The notes under the pieces are model-generated. The model did no database searches. It saw only the letters and a program-made list of their open reading frames with translations, and was not told the DNA's origin. From Nemertoderma westbladi (Eukaryota; Animalia; Xenacoelomorpha), in contig JAUCBJ010001084.1 of the NCBI GenBank assembly GCA_032718475.1, positions 1-46,713 of the forward strand: DNA of 46,713 bases. Reading direction: 5' to 3'. Below are positions 1 through 9,943 of this stretch, in pieces. Position 1 is the first letter of the stretch. Each line of letters begins with the position of its first letter. A program made the translations under genes and the position numbers.

Positions 1-284
1 GTGGTCTTACAAATCCTGCAAAGATCTGCACTGATCGTTACCAACCCTGCTAAGATCATAGAGCAAAGGTGCCAAGATCTTACCAAGACATATAAAGATC
101 TTATGCTAAGATCAGTGCAGATTGGATTGGTTAGATTTCAACGAGGATTGCCTGACTTATTAATATTTAAATATTGTGCACGACAGAACGACAGGTTCAT
201 TAATGGTACCCCTACCCTACCTCACCTTTACTTCATGGCTCGCCCCACAGTGTTTCTTTACTGTTAAGATAGGATTTGTATTTC

Positions 285-493
285 GACGCCTTTCGATTCT
301 TTCATCACTCTTCAAGGGAAAATCAACGCAAATAACAACTTATTACTCTCAACTCAATAAAAACTGTGACCTGTTCTATTGACTTTAGTTTATTGTTTGG
401 ATAAGAATAACGTGCTCCTTTCCCATTTTTTTCCCATTTCCCATCATTTAGCATTGAGACGACTTTCCGAGATGGGATTTGCGTCCAGCCTTA
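285..493. repeat. Dispersed repeat, copy 1 (second copy at ~45298-45508)
   Basis: Shared blocks with 45298-45508 in the same orientation, e.g. TTCATC(A/C)CTCT(T/C)CA(A/G)GG, AAAACTGT(G/A)ACCTGTTCTATTGACTTT(A/C)GTTTATTGTTT, AGAATAACGTGCT and GCGTCCAG. Confidence 0.75.
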
Positions 494-715
494 GCTCAAA
501 ATGTTCACAATCGATTACCCAAACTAACTTTAACAACATTTCTCCACGGTTTTGCAAAAAACACTAAAAAAACATAACAACCTATTGAATTATTCATTTC
601 TTTATTTGCAATCACCGCAATGAATATCTCATTTGTCCTATAATAATTAAATTTAACAAATTTCCAAATATTCAGTTTGATTACAACTAAACTGCATTTA
701 ACTAGCAAACTTAAA

Positions 716-2164
716 CTAAGTGTATTTACGAATAAATTCCTCTTGGAACGACTTTAAACTTGAAAACATATCCTCTAACTGTTCCTTAGCTGGTAGAATC
801 GTCATCCGAAAATGATAAGTGCCCGGCATCTGCCCGAATCCACTCCCAGGTACAACGCAAATTCCGGTCTGTTCTAACAACTGCATGCAATAGAACGCAT
901 CAGGGTGCACCCCACCGCGTTGCGCTGCTTCTACGGCTAAACGCGGAATATCAATTCTAGGGAAGGCGTACATCGCTCCTTGCACTGAATTGCAACTCAA
1001 CCCTCGAATGTTGTTCAGTGAAATCGCGACCATTTCTGCACGTTCCATCAGAGAATTCAAAATCGCTGTTTTTTCGCGAATAAACAGATCGTATGAAGTG
1101 TCACCGACTTTTGGAGGGTCGGTAACTACAGACATAACAACTTGTCCGGCTGAATTCGGAGAATAATGCACAGCCATAAATTTACGGAGTTGTTTTTTAA
1201 TTTCAGGGTCCAGATTGACCACCTCCATGTAGCCGCATCGCTGACCACATTCTCCAATATAGCATTTAGAAATGCTATGGATAGATGCCAATTCCATGCT
1301 ATTATAAGGAGCTCCCATTTCTGTCATGACTTTCTTAAATGAGTGAAACTCGCTATCATGTGAGTAGACGTTGTCTTGATAGACCTCGTCGCTAATCATA
1401 AATAAGTTGTTTTGATGGGCGAAACGGATGATGGATTCGATGTTACTTCGAGTTAGAACTTGTCCCGTGGGGTTTCCTGGGTTGATTACACAGAGAACAC
1501 GAGGAACACACTTTGATTGAGCTGATTCAAGAGCCGACGCTAATTGGTCGATGTTGAGAGACCAGTTGTTGAATTCGTCCAAGTAATAACCAATAGGCTC
1601 AGCCCCCAATAAAGTTATACAGGCCGAGTACAAGGGGTATTGTGGAATGGGTATGAGAATGCCGGTGCGCTGCGAACCTTGACCTGATACGAGGAGGGTC
1701 AGCATGTAACGTATAGCCATACTAGCCCCGTTGGTGACGTACAGATCGTCTCGACTACACGGAATACCTCCATCTCTCTCCTTTATATAGTTAGCTATAT
1801 TGTCTCTAATTTCCACTACACCCTGGGCGTCCGAGTATGAACCTAAACTGCCGCCAATAAATGCCTTTAATAATTCCCTGGCCTTTTTCTTAGCGTCATC
1901 AGGAAGTGAATCGTTATCAAGTAGAGCGGGATATTGAACTATCGCCGAGACTTGTCGTATAAAGGTCAGTGGTTGCTGACCCATTGCGTGACAGTCACCA
2001 ATATTCGCAGCTATCACGCGACTGAATGGTTTAACACTCCCAGCGGCCATCTCCATCTCTATTGCTAACGCTCTCTCGGGTACTGGACCTGTTACTGCGT
2101 ATTCCATCGCTTTGGCTTTAGGATTTATTGTGTCCAATGTTAGTATCTTCTTTGTTGCAGCCAT
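716..2164 (-). CDS. GPT: Alanine aminotransferase-like PLP enzyme, paralog 1 (intronless, 482 aa)
   Basis: Class I aminotransferase/ALT motifs ANIGD.HAMGQ, IPIPQYPLYSA, INPGNPTGQVL, DEVYQDN, S.SK (PLP lysine), GAMYAFP, CVVPGSGFGQ, HFRMTILP. ATG at 2164, TAG at 716-718, minus-strand AATAAA at 601-606. Confidence 0.95.
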   Translation of the reverse strand: MAATKKILTLDTINPKAKAMEYAVTGPVPERALAIEMEMAAGSVKPFSRVIAANIGDCHAMGQQPLTFIRQVSAIVQYPALLDNDSLPDDAKKKARELLKAFIGGSLGSYSDAQGVVEIRDNIANYIKERDGGIPCSRDDLYVTNGASMAIRYMLTLLVSGQGSQRTGILIPIPQYPLYSACITLLGAEPIGYYLDEFNNWSLNIDQLASALESAQSKCVPRVLCVINPGNPTGQVLTRSNIESIIRFAHQNNLFMISDEVYQDNVYSHDSEFHSFKKVMTEMGAPYNSMELASIHSISKCYIGECGQRCGYMEVVNLDPEIKKQLRKFMAVHYSPNSAGQVVMSVVTDPPKVGDTSYDLFIREKTAILNSLMERAEMVAISLNNIRGLSCNSVQGAMYAFPRIDIPRLAVEAAQRGGVHPDAFYCMQLLEQTGICVVPGSGFGQMPGTYHFRMTILPAKEQLEDMFSSLKSFQEEFIRKYT

Positions 2165-2842
2165 TTGTTAGATCAAATATTATATTTGCTTCCTTATTGT
2201 TGATTATTAATTGTATGAAAGGTAGTGCTGGTGATGAGCTGACGATAGCTGCACTTTTGGATTTTGAGCTAAAATTTTATTTTTTAGATACTGTAGTTCT
2301 AAAACACGAAAATCACGAAAAGGTACCGAAATTATAGAAATTGAAATATACCGGTAATATGAAAAATCTTGATTTCCAGTTGGAATAATGGCGTCGAAGG
2401 TACACTTTCCATCATTTATAATAATTAATTATTAAGAGCTCTTTCCATTACTTAGGATCTCACAAAAACGGATCAACATGCCAAGGGCGTAACCAGCAGT
2501 ATATTAATTGCAACAAAATGATGATATCTACCTGTAATATCAATCGATTCAACGAAACGATTGTGGCAGTCAATTATTGTACTTCCTTCAAGGACATACA
2601 CGCCTGTAGCTTCTCGGAATTGGCCAATAGCAATCAGACAGGCATCATATGCCGAGTTAGGGCCTTATACTGTACTATAAATTACATAATATTCTTCATC
2701 ATCCAGTATATTGGACGCTGTTGATCCGTCCCCGGTATCACGCCTGTATTTGACTTCGGTTACTTGTTTCCTCCGTCGCTCAGCCGCGCCCTATTCGTAT
2801 CAAACCGACGTCACCACCGATTCTGCGAGACGCACAATTGTT

Positions 2843-3226
2843 GTGACAACTGATCGTGTTCCACGTGTAGCTGTGACAACTGATCGTGTTCCACGTGTAG
2901 CTGGGACAACTGCTCGTGTTCCATGTGTAGCTGGGACAACTGCTCGTGTTCCACGTGCAGCTGGGACAACTGCTCGTGTCCCACGTGTAGCTGGGACAAC
3001 TGATCGTGTTCCACGTGTAGCTGGGACAACTGCTCTTGTTCCACGTGTAGCTAGGACAACTGCTCTTGTGCCACATGTAGCTGGGACAACTGCTCGTGTT
3101 CCATGTGTAGCTATGGGACAACTGATCATGTTCCACGAGTAGCTCGGACAACTGCTCTTGTTCCACGTGTATCTGTGACAACTGCTCGCGTTCCACATGT
3201 AGCTGGGATAACTGCACTTGTTCCAC
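2843..3226. repeat. 30-bp minisatellite, ~13 copies
   Basis: Unit CTGGGACAACTGCTCGTGTTCCACGTGTAG repeated head to tail between the two ALT genes. Confidence 0.95.
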
Positions 3227-3423
3227 TAATTCTCGCTTACTTTAAAGCCCCATAACCTATTGAGTAAACCATTTGCCAATAACGCATTTTATTTGTTACT
3301 ATAGGCCTGAACTATTACGATTAAAATAATTAAATAATATTATATAATTAAATGAAATTAATTTCCAAAAATTCACAGTTTGATTATAACTAAACTACTG
3401 TGCATTTAACTAGCTAACTTAAA

Positions 3424-4872
3424 CTAAGTGTATTTACGAATAAATTCCTCTTGGAACGACTTTAAACTTGAAAACATATCCTCTAACTGTTCCTTAGCTG
3501 GTAGAATCGTCATCCGAAAATGATAAGTGCCCGGCATCTGCCCGAATCCGCTCCCAGGTACAACGCAAATTCCGGTCTGTTCTAACAACTGCATGCAATA
3601 GAACGCATCAGGGTGCACCCCACCGCGTTGCGCTGCTTCTACGGCTAAACGCGGAATATCAATTCTAGGGAAGGCGTACATCGCTCCTTGCACTGAATTG
3701 CAACTCAACCCTCGAATGTTGTTTAGCGAAATCGCGACCATTTCTGCACGTTCCTTCAGAGAGTACAAAATCGCTTCTTTTTCGCGAATAAACAGATCGT
3801 ATGAAGTGTCACCGACTTTTGGCGGGTCGGTAACTACAGACATAATAACTTGTCCGGAAGAGTTTGGAGAAAAATGCGCACCCATAAATTTACGGAGTTG
3901 TTTTTTAATTTCAGGGTCCAGATTGACCACCTCCATGTAGCCGCATCGCTGACCACATTCTCCAATATAGCATTTAGAAATGCTATGGATAGATGCCAAT
4001 TCCATGCTATTATAAGGAGCTCCCATTTCTGTCATGACTTTCTTAAATGAGTGAAACTCGCTATCATGTGAGTAGACGTTGTCTTGATAGACCTCGTCGC
4101 TAATCATAAATAAGTTGTTTTGATGGGCGAAACTGATGATGGATTCGATGTTACTTCGAGTTAGAACTTGTCCCGTGGGGTTTCCTGGGTTGATTACACA
4201 GAGAACACGGGGAACACACGTTGATTGAGCTGATTCAAGAGCCGACGCTAATTGGTCGATGTTGAGAGACCAGTTGTTGAATTCGTCCAAGTAATAACCA
4301 ATAGGCTCAGCCCCCAATAAAGTTATGCAGGCCGAGTACAAGGGGTATTGTGGAATGGGTATGAGAATGCCTGTGCGCTGCGAACCTTGACCTGATACGA
4401 GGAGGGTCAGCATGTAACGTATAGCCATACTAGCCCCGTTGGTGACGTACAGATCGTCTCGACTACACGGAATACCTCCATCTCTCTCCTTTATATAGTT
4501 CGCTATATTGTCTCTAATTTCCACTACACCCTGGGCGTCCGAGTAAGAACCTAAACTGCCGCCAATAAATGCCTTTAATAATTCCCTGGCCTTTTTCTTA
4601 GCGTCATCAGGAAGTGATTCGTTATCAAGTAGAGCCGGATATTGAACTATCGCCGAGACTTGTCGTATAAAGGTCAGTGGTTGCTGACCCATTGCGTGAC
4701 AGTCACCAATATTTGCTCTAATTACGCGACTAAATGGTTTAGCAGCCCCGGCAGCCATCTCTCTCTCTATTGCTAAAGCTCGCTCGAGTATTGGACCTCT
4801 CACTGCGTATTCCATCGCTTTGGCTTGAGGATTAACTGTATCCAATGTCATTATCTTCTTCGTTGCATCCAT
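3424..4872 (-). CDS. GPT: Alanine aminotransferase-like PLP enzyme, paralog 2 (intronless, 482 aa)
   Basis: Same motifs as paralog 1, with canonical YAVRG and VIRANIGD. The ATG at 4872 (MDATKK) gives the same 1449-nt length as paralog 1; the track's 4905 start is a TTG. Minus-strand AATAAA at 3288-3293. Confidence 0.95.
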   Translation of the reverse strand: MDATKKIMTLDTVNPQAKAMEYAVRGPILERALAIEREMAAGAAKPFSRVIRANIGDCHAMGQQPLTFIRQVSAIVQYPALLDNESLPDDAKKKARELLKAFIGGSLGSYSDAQGVVEIRDNIANYIKERDGGIPCSRDDLYVTNGASMAIRYMLTLLVSGQGSQRTGILIPIPQYPLYSACITLLGAEPIGYYLDEFNNWSLNIDQLASALESAQSTCVPRVLCVINPGNPTGQVLTRSNIESIISFAHQNNLFMISDEVYQDNVYSHDSEFHSFKKVMTEMGAPYNSMELASIHSISKCYIGECGQRCGYMEVVNLDPEIKKQLRKFMGAHFSPNSSGQVIMSVVTDPPKVGDTSYDLFIREKEAILYSLKERAEMVAISLNNIRGLSCNSVQGAMYAFPRIDIPRLAVEAAQRGGVHPDAFYCMQLLEQTGICVVPGSGFGQMPGTYHFRMTILPAKEQLEDMFSSLKSFQEEFIRKYT

Positions 4873-5134
4873 TGCATTCGACCAAGTGTTATATTTTGTT
4901 GCCAATATTATTAATAGGTTGAAGGGAAAAGGTTCTATCTATATACTGTATAATAAGACAGACGCAATCAGTGCTGGCGATGATCTGAGCAAAAGCTAAT
5001 TTGTTTCAACATAGACTCGAAAGCAAAAATCAACTCTAAAGAAAACAGTTCAAATGGTTTGAAATATCAAGCTGAAATAAAGGGATAGATTTTATCATTG
5101 CCTTTCTACTTTCCAATCCTATTCACTCACACAA

Positions 5135-6187
5135 TAGGGTTGGTGCGCAAAAAAATTGTCGGGCTAGAAACAATCGAATAAGGGGTAACAAGGAACCCTG
5201 AATCGAGTGTCGGGGTGAGGTTTTTGTAAAAACTCGAGGAAACTGTCGAAATGGCGGGTTTAAGTAGGCCCGGGAAGCCAATTTTGAAAATCGGCTGTGA
5301 TTGACCGCTACATATTTGGCGTCACTTGGTTTCTATGGAGGGTGATTTTAGCTTTATTCAAATACACATTTAATTTCAATCATTTCATACGTGGCTTATA
5401 TCAGTTGAAAGCGGAGAGTATTGCGCGTCTTTTAACACTACAATTACTTAAATTCATGGTGATGAACATTGATAAAATACTGTTTGCAATTTTGCAAACT
5501 TGGTAGCTTGCATGACCCAGTATGGAAGCCCGCACCAACTCAGGCCTAGCCAGCCACCTATTGCATTGTAATATATTAGGCATTGCAATATAATAGGCAA
5601 CGGGCCTATTAATTGCTGTATTGTTGCTTAAGTTCTTTAAGTTGAGTAAACCTACCGTTGCGCTGTACCACTTTTACGCTACCGCTGACAAGTACACATT
5701 TCAACTTAATGAACTTAAACTGCAATACAGGAATACTCCGATACTGCGATGCAATAGGTGGGTAGGGCTGAGTGGTTTACATACCGGTCTTGCATACCGG
5801 TTAGGCAATCTGCGAGTTTATAATTGTGAATTGATTCATTTTATCAATGTTCATGATCATGAAATTAAGTGATTGTAGTGTCAAAAGATGCGCAAGACTC
5901 TCCGCTTTCTATTTATATAAGCCACGTGTGAAATGATTGAGATTAAATATGTATTTTAATGGATCTAAAATTACCCTCCATATAATAAATTATCTAAACA
6001 CTGCGTAGTGACGTCAAATATGTAGCAGCCAATTTTCAAAATTGGCTTCCCGGGCTTACTTAAACCCGCCATTTCGACTCTTTCCACGTGTTAAAAAAAA
6101 AAAACACACCCGCCACCCGATTTAGCGGATTTGTTACCCCTTATTCAATTGTTTCTAGCCCAACAATTTTTTCGCGCACCAACCCTA
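5135..6187. mobile_element. ~1.05-kb foldback/palindromic non-autonomous DNA element
   Basis: Termini TAGGGTTGGTGCGC...GCGCACCAACCCTA; the two ~450-bp arms are diverged reverse complements (e.g. GTCGAAATGGCGGGTTTAAGTA / TACTTAAACCCGCCATTTCGAC). No TSD seen. Confidence 0.85.
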
Positions 6188-6190
6188 CTA

Positions 6191-6413
6191 CACCATGCCC
6201 TGGAACATAGTGTCGTTATTCTGGTACAGTACAATATAAAATATAGAAATATAAATATACAGCAAATATAAAAATTGTGGCTCACCCACCCATGAGGAGT
6301 TGAGATTATCTCGGCTTCAAATTTCATGCAATCTCATTAAGATTTGTAGAAAAATTTGGGGGGGGGGGGGGGGGATGTACCAGAATAACGACACTATATT
6401 CCAGGGCATGGTG
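6191..6413. mobile_element. MITE with 38-bp TIRs and TA TSD (Tc1/mariner-type)
   Basis: TA|CACCATGCCCTGGAACATAGTGTCGTTATTCTGGTACA ... TGTACCAGAATAACGACACTATATTCCAGGGCATGGTG|TA, one mismatch between TIRs. Confidence 0.88.
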
Positions 6414-7159
6414 TATAGCCAGGTAGGACTAATGAATTATTTAAATAGATCAACAAAAACAGCAACAATTTGAACAACAAAATCCCGGGGTTTTATTTGT
6501 AGTCACTCAATACTATCGTATGCGAAACAATTCCTTCTGTAATGTTTCTTCACGTACAAGTTGGTAAAACGTTATTATTGAGCAATATAAAGTGATATTA
6601 GAATAGCAATAATTAACAGCTATAAAGAAGAAACGGTCTTACATTCTCGGCCTTCTACTAAAAGCGTGTATCAAGTACAGTAAAGTCAATATAATAGATA
6701 ACTAATTCGTCAACCTCCCGCCGCCAGCAGATTATAACAATTGGTTAGTTCGATCAGAGATATTGAATGTAAATAAGTCGTATATATCATTAGCAAACAA
6801 ACCCAATTTAGGCTATTATTAAAGTTTTAATAAGACAGCGCTTCGAGCAAAAAAATAAGTATACTGAGCCAAACGACAATTAAGTTAATCGCAGCCAAAT
6901 CAATGACACATAGTTTAGAATCAAACGGGTGAACAATTGAACTAGAATTAGGGCAGCGACGATGACATAACATGATCCTCCACAAAGAAGTGCATTGCAT
7001 TATCGTGCAATACCATATCCATATCCAGAAACAAAGGGGCCACAAAACACCGGATCACCGTATCCAAGATCGTCAATTTTCCCAATTCTAGTGTTGTTGA
7101 AAAAAGTTGTGTCAGTCAGTGGAGGAAACTGATAGACTGGCCACCAACCACGTGCGAAA

Positions 7160-8722
7160 GGGTTTCCCAGAGTGGCAACGGGTTTCCCGAGTGACAACGG
7201 GTTCCCAGAGTGGCAATGAGTTCCGCAGAGTGACAACGGGTTCCCGAGTGTGGCAAGGGGTTCCCCAGAGTGAAAAAGGGTTTCCCAGAGTGGCAACGGG
7301 TTTCCCAGAGAGATAACGGGTTCCCAGAGTGACAACGGATTCACCAAAGTGACAACGGGTTCCCAGAGTGACAACGGATTCACCAAGTGGCAATGGGTTT
7401 CCCAGAGTGGCAACGGGTTTCCCAGAGTGACAATGGGTTTCCCAGAGTGGCAACGGGTTTCCCAGAGAGCAATGGGTTTCCCAGAGTGGCAACGGGATTC
7501 CCAGAGTGGTAATGGGTTTTCCAGAGTGGCAATGGGTTTCCCAGAGTGGCAATGGGTTTCCCAGAGTGGCAACGGGTTCCCAGAGTGGCAATGGGTTTCC
7601 CAGAGTGGCAACGGGTTTCCCAGAGTGGCAATGGGTTTCCCAGAGTGGCAATGGGTTTCCCAGAGTGGCAACGGGTTTCCCAGAGGGACAATGGGTTTCC
7701 CAGAGTGGCAACGGGTTTCCCAGAGTGCAATGGGTTTCCCAGAGTGGCAACGGGTTTTCCAGAGTGGCAATGGGTTTTCCAGAGTGGCAACGGGTTTCCC
7801 AGAGTGACAATGGGTTTCCCAGAGTGGCAACGGGTTTCCCAGAGTGGCAATGGGTTTTCCAGAGTGAAAAAGGGTTTCCCAGAGTGGCAACGGGTTTCCC
7901 AGAGAGATAACGGGTTCCCAGAGTGACAACGGATTCACCAAAGTGACAACGGGTTCCCAGAGTGACAACGGATTCACCAAGTGGCAATGGGTTTCCCAGA
8001 GTGGCAACGGGTTTCCCAGAGTTACAATGGGTTTCCCAGAGTGGCAATGGGTTTCCCAGAGTGGCAATGGGTTTCCCAGAGTGGCAACGGGTTCCCAGAG
8101 TGGCAATGGGTTTCCCAGAGTGGCAACGGGTTTCCCAGAGTGGCAATGGGTTTCCCAGAGTGGCAATGGGTTTCCCAGAGTGGCAACGGGTTTCCCAGAG
8201 GGACAATGGGTTTCCCAGAGTGGCAACGGGTTTCCCAGAGTGCAATGGGTGTCCCAGAGTGGCAACGGGTTTTCCAGAGTGGCAATGGGTTTTCCAGAGT
8301 GGCAACGGGTTTCCCAGAGTGACAATGGGTTTCCCAGAGTGGCAACGGGTTTCCCAGAGTGGCAATGGGTTTTCCAGAGTGGCAACGGGTTCCCAGAGTG
8401 GCAATGGGTTCCCGAGTGTGGCAATGGGTTTCCCAAAGTGGCAATGGGTTTCCCAGAGTGGCAACGGGTTTCCCAGAGTGGCAATGGGTTTCCCAGAGTG
8501 GCAACGTGTTCCCAGAGTAGCAACGGGTTTCCCAGAGTGGCAATGGGTTCCCGAGTGTGGCAACGGGTTGCCCAGAGTGAAAAGGGGATTCCCAGAGTGG
8601 CAATGGGTTTCCCAGTGTGGCAACGGGTTTACCAGAGTGGCAACGTGTTCCCAGAGTAGCAACGGGTTCGACAGAGTGACAACGGGTTCGACAGAGTGAC
8701 AACGGGTTCGACAGAGTGACAA
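7160..8722. repeat. ~20-bp minisatellite array (~78 units) with an internal 594-bp higher-order duplication
   Basis: Unit GGGTTTCCCAGAGTGGCAA(C/T). The diagnostic variant block starting TGAAAAAGGG occurs at 7271 and 7865. Confidence 0.95.
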
Positions 8723-9255
8723 CTCTGAAATGTGCATAAAATTTAGAAAATGAAACAAAATTATGGTGAAATATATTTACTTTTAAATTATTGTAATTTT
8801 AACTTCTAAAATAGGAGACAACAGATAAAAGCACAATAAATATAACAATAAATGTGAAAAGGCGCACCATATTGATATTTAAACATTAACTATTTACTTC
8901 ACGTCTTGTAATCTAACCCACTTCATTCATAAGATTACAGTGTAGGCCGTATTAAATTAATTAATAGTTTATAGTAAATAGATTACGCCTTGACGTGACG
9001 TAGATTACGCCTTAACGCAGAGGAAATACACAAATTTACAAACATGGGTCGTTCTGTACAAAAGTAGCTAGTTATGTTTCAAAAGTGGCAAACTATATGT
9101 CACTTAGAACGGATTTCAGAAAAACATTTCCCATATTAATTCCGATTACGTAAAAAGTTAAGGCAAAACAACAAAATTCCATTTATGTTATTAGCAATAT
9201 TATATCAACAACTTAGGATATGATTATGTGAAAGCGACAGACACCATGAATAGAA

Positions 9256-9333
9256 TGCGAGGTGACACAGTTGGATGAGCGCCTGGCCTACAATCTATTG
9301 GTTGCAGGTTCGAGCCCCGCCAGAGTCGACTCT
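9256..9333 (+). mobile_element. tRNA-derived SINE head or tRNA pseudogene
   Basis: A-box-like GGTGACACAGTTGG and B-box GGTTCGAGCCC at tRNA spacing; no clean acceptor stem. Confidence 0.5.
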
Positions 9334-9943
9334 ACTTATCGCAACCACCACATATACTCCAACTCCAATGCTAAGGATTAACAACCCCTGTTCTGGCACT
9401 ACATACATGATATTGAGTTGGGGTTGCACAAAAGGTGAAACAAGCCTCAAATCAACTTCATCCCACAAATTGACATTAAGCTCATTTGATTCGCAAGGAT
9501 TAGTAGGTGTAGTCAGACACCTTGAAAACAAGAATATATTTATTTATTATATCTAGAAAAAAATATTCCAGAAATGGTGACAGAATATGAGTTAACGTTG
9601 GTATAAACCTATATATTAGTTACCCTGAACATCCTACCTTTACGCCTACATACGGTATTGAAATGTATTACACACCTTAACACATATTTTTAATAGATTC
9701 TTCAAAATTTCATTGGATGCTTTCACTGCCAATTATCTGCGACTCAAGTTATTGGGAAATATGGTTTTTAAGGTAACATTAACGGACAAATGTTATAGGC
9801 ACCAAAATACAATTATGCACACGTAACAAATATGTTTAACCATTTTAAAGCGTAGAAAAAATTAATAGTTTTCAAAAATGATGATTAGGGTTATGTTTAA
9901 TGGGATATATTAATTTCGTTAAATTTATCTTATCTGTGGACTT

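Noticed and set aside
2711-3226. Repetitive ORFs between the ALT genes
   Set aside because: Translation of the 30-bp minisatellite in multiple frames.
4873-4905. N-terminal extension of ALT2 (493 aa in the track)
   Set aside because: It starts at TTG; the ATG at 4872 matches the paralog's length exactly.
7000-8758. Long ORFs (507, 548, 245 aa and others) on both strands
   Set aside because: They arise from a stop-poor 20-bp repeat that is open in several frames, mostly with non-ATG starts. The unique tail (RGWWPVYQ...GYGIAR) matches nothing I recognise.
9256-9333. Functional tRNA gene
   Set aside because: A/B boxes are present, but I could not form convincing acceptor and anticodon stems.
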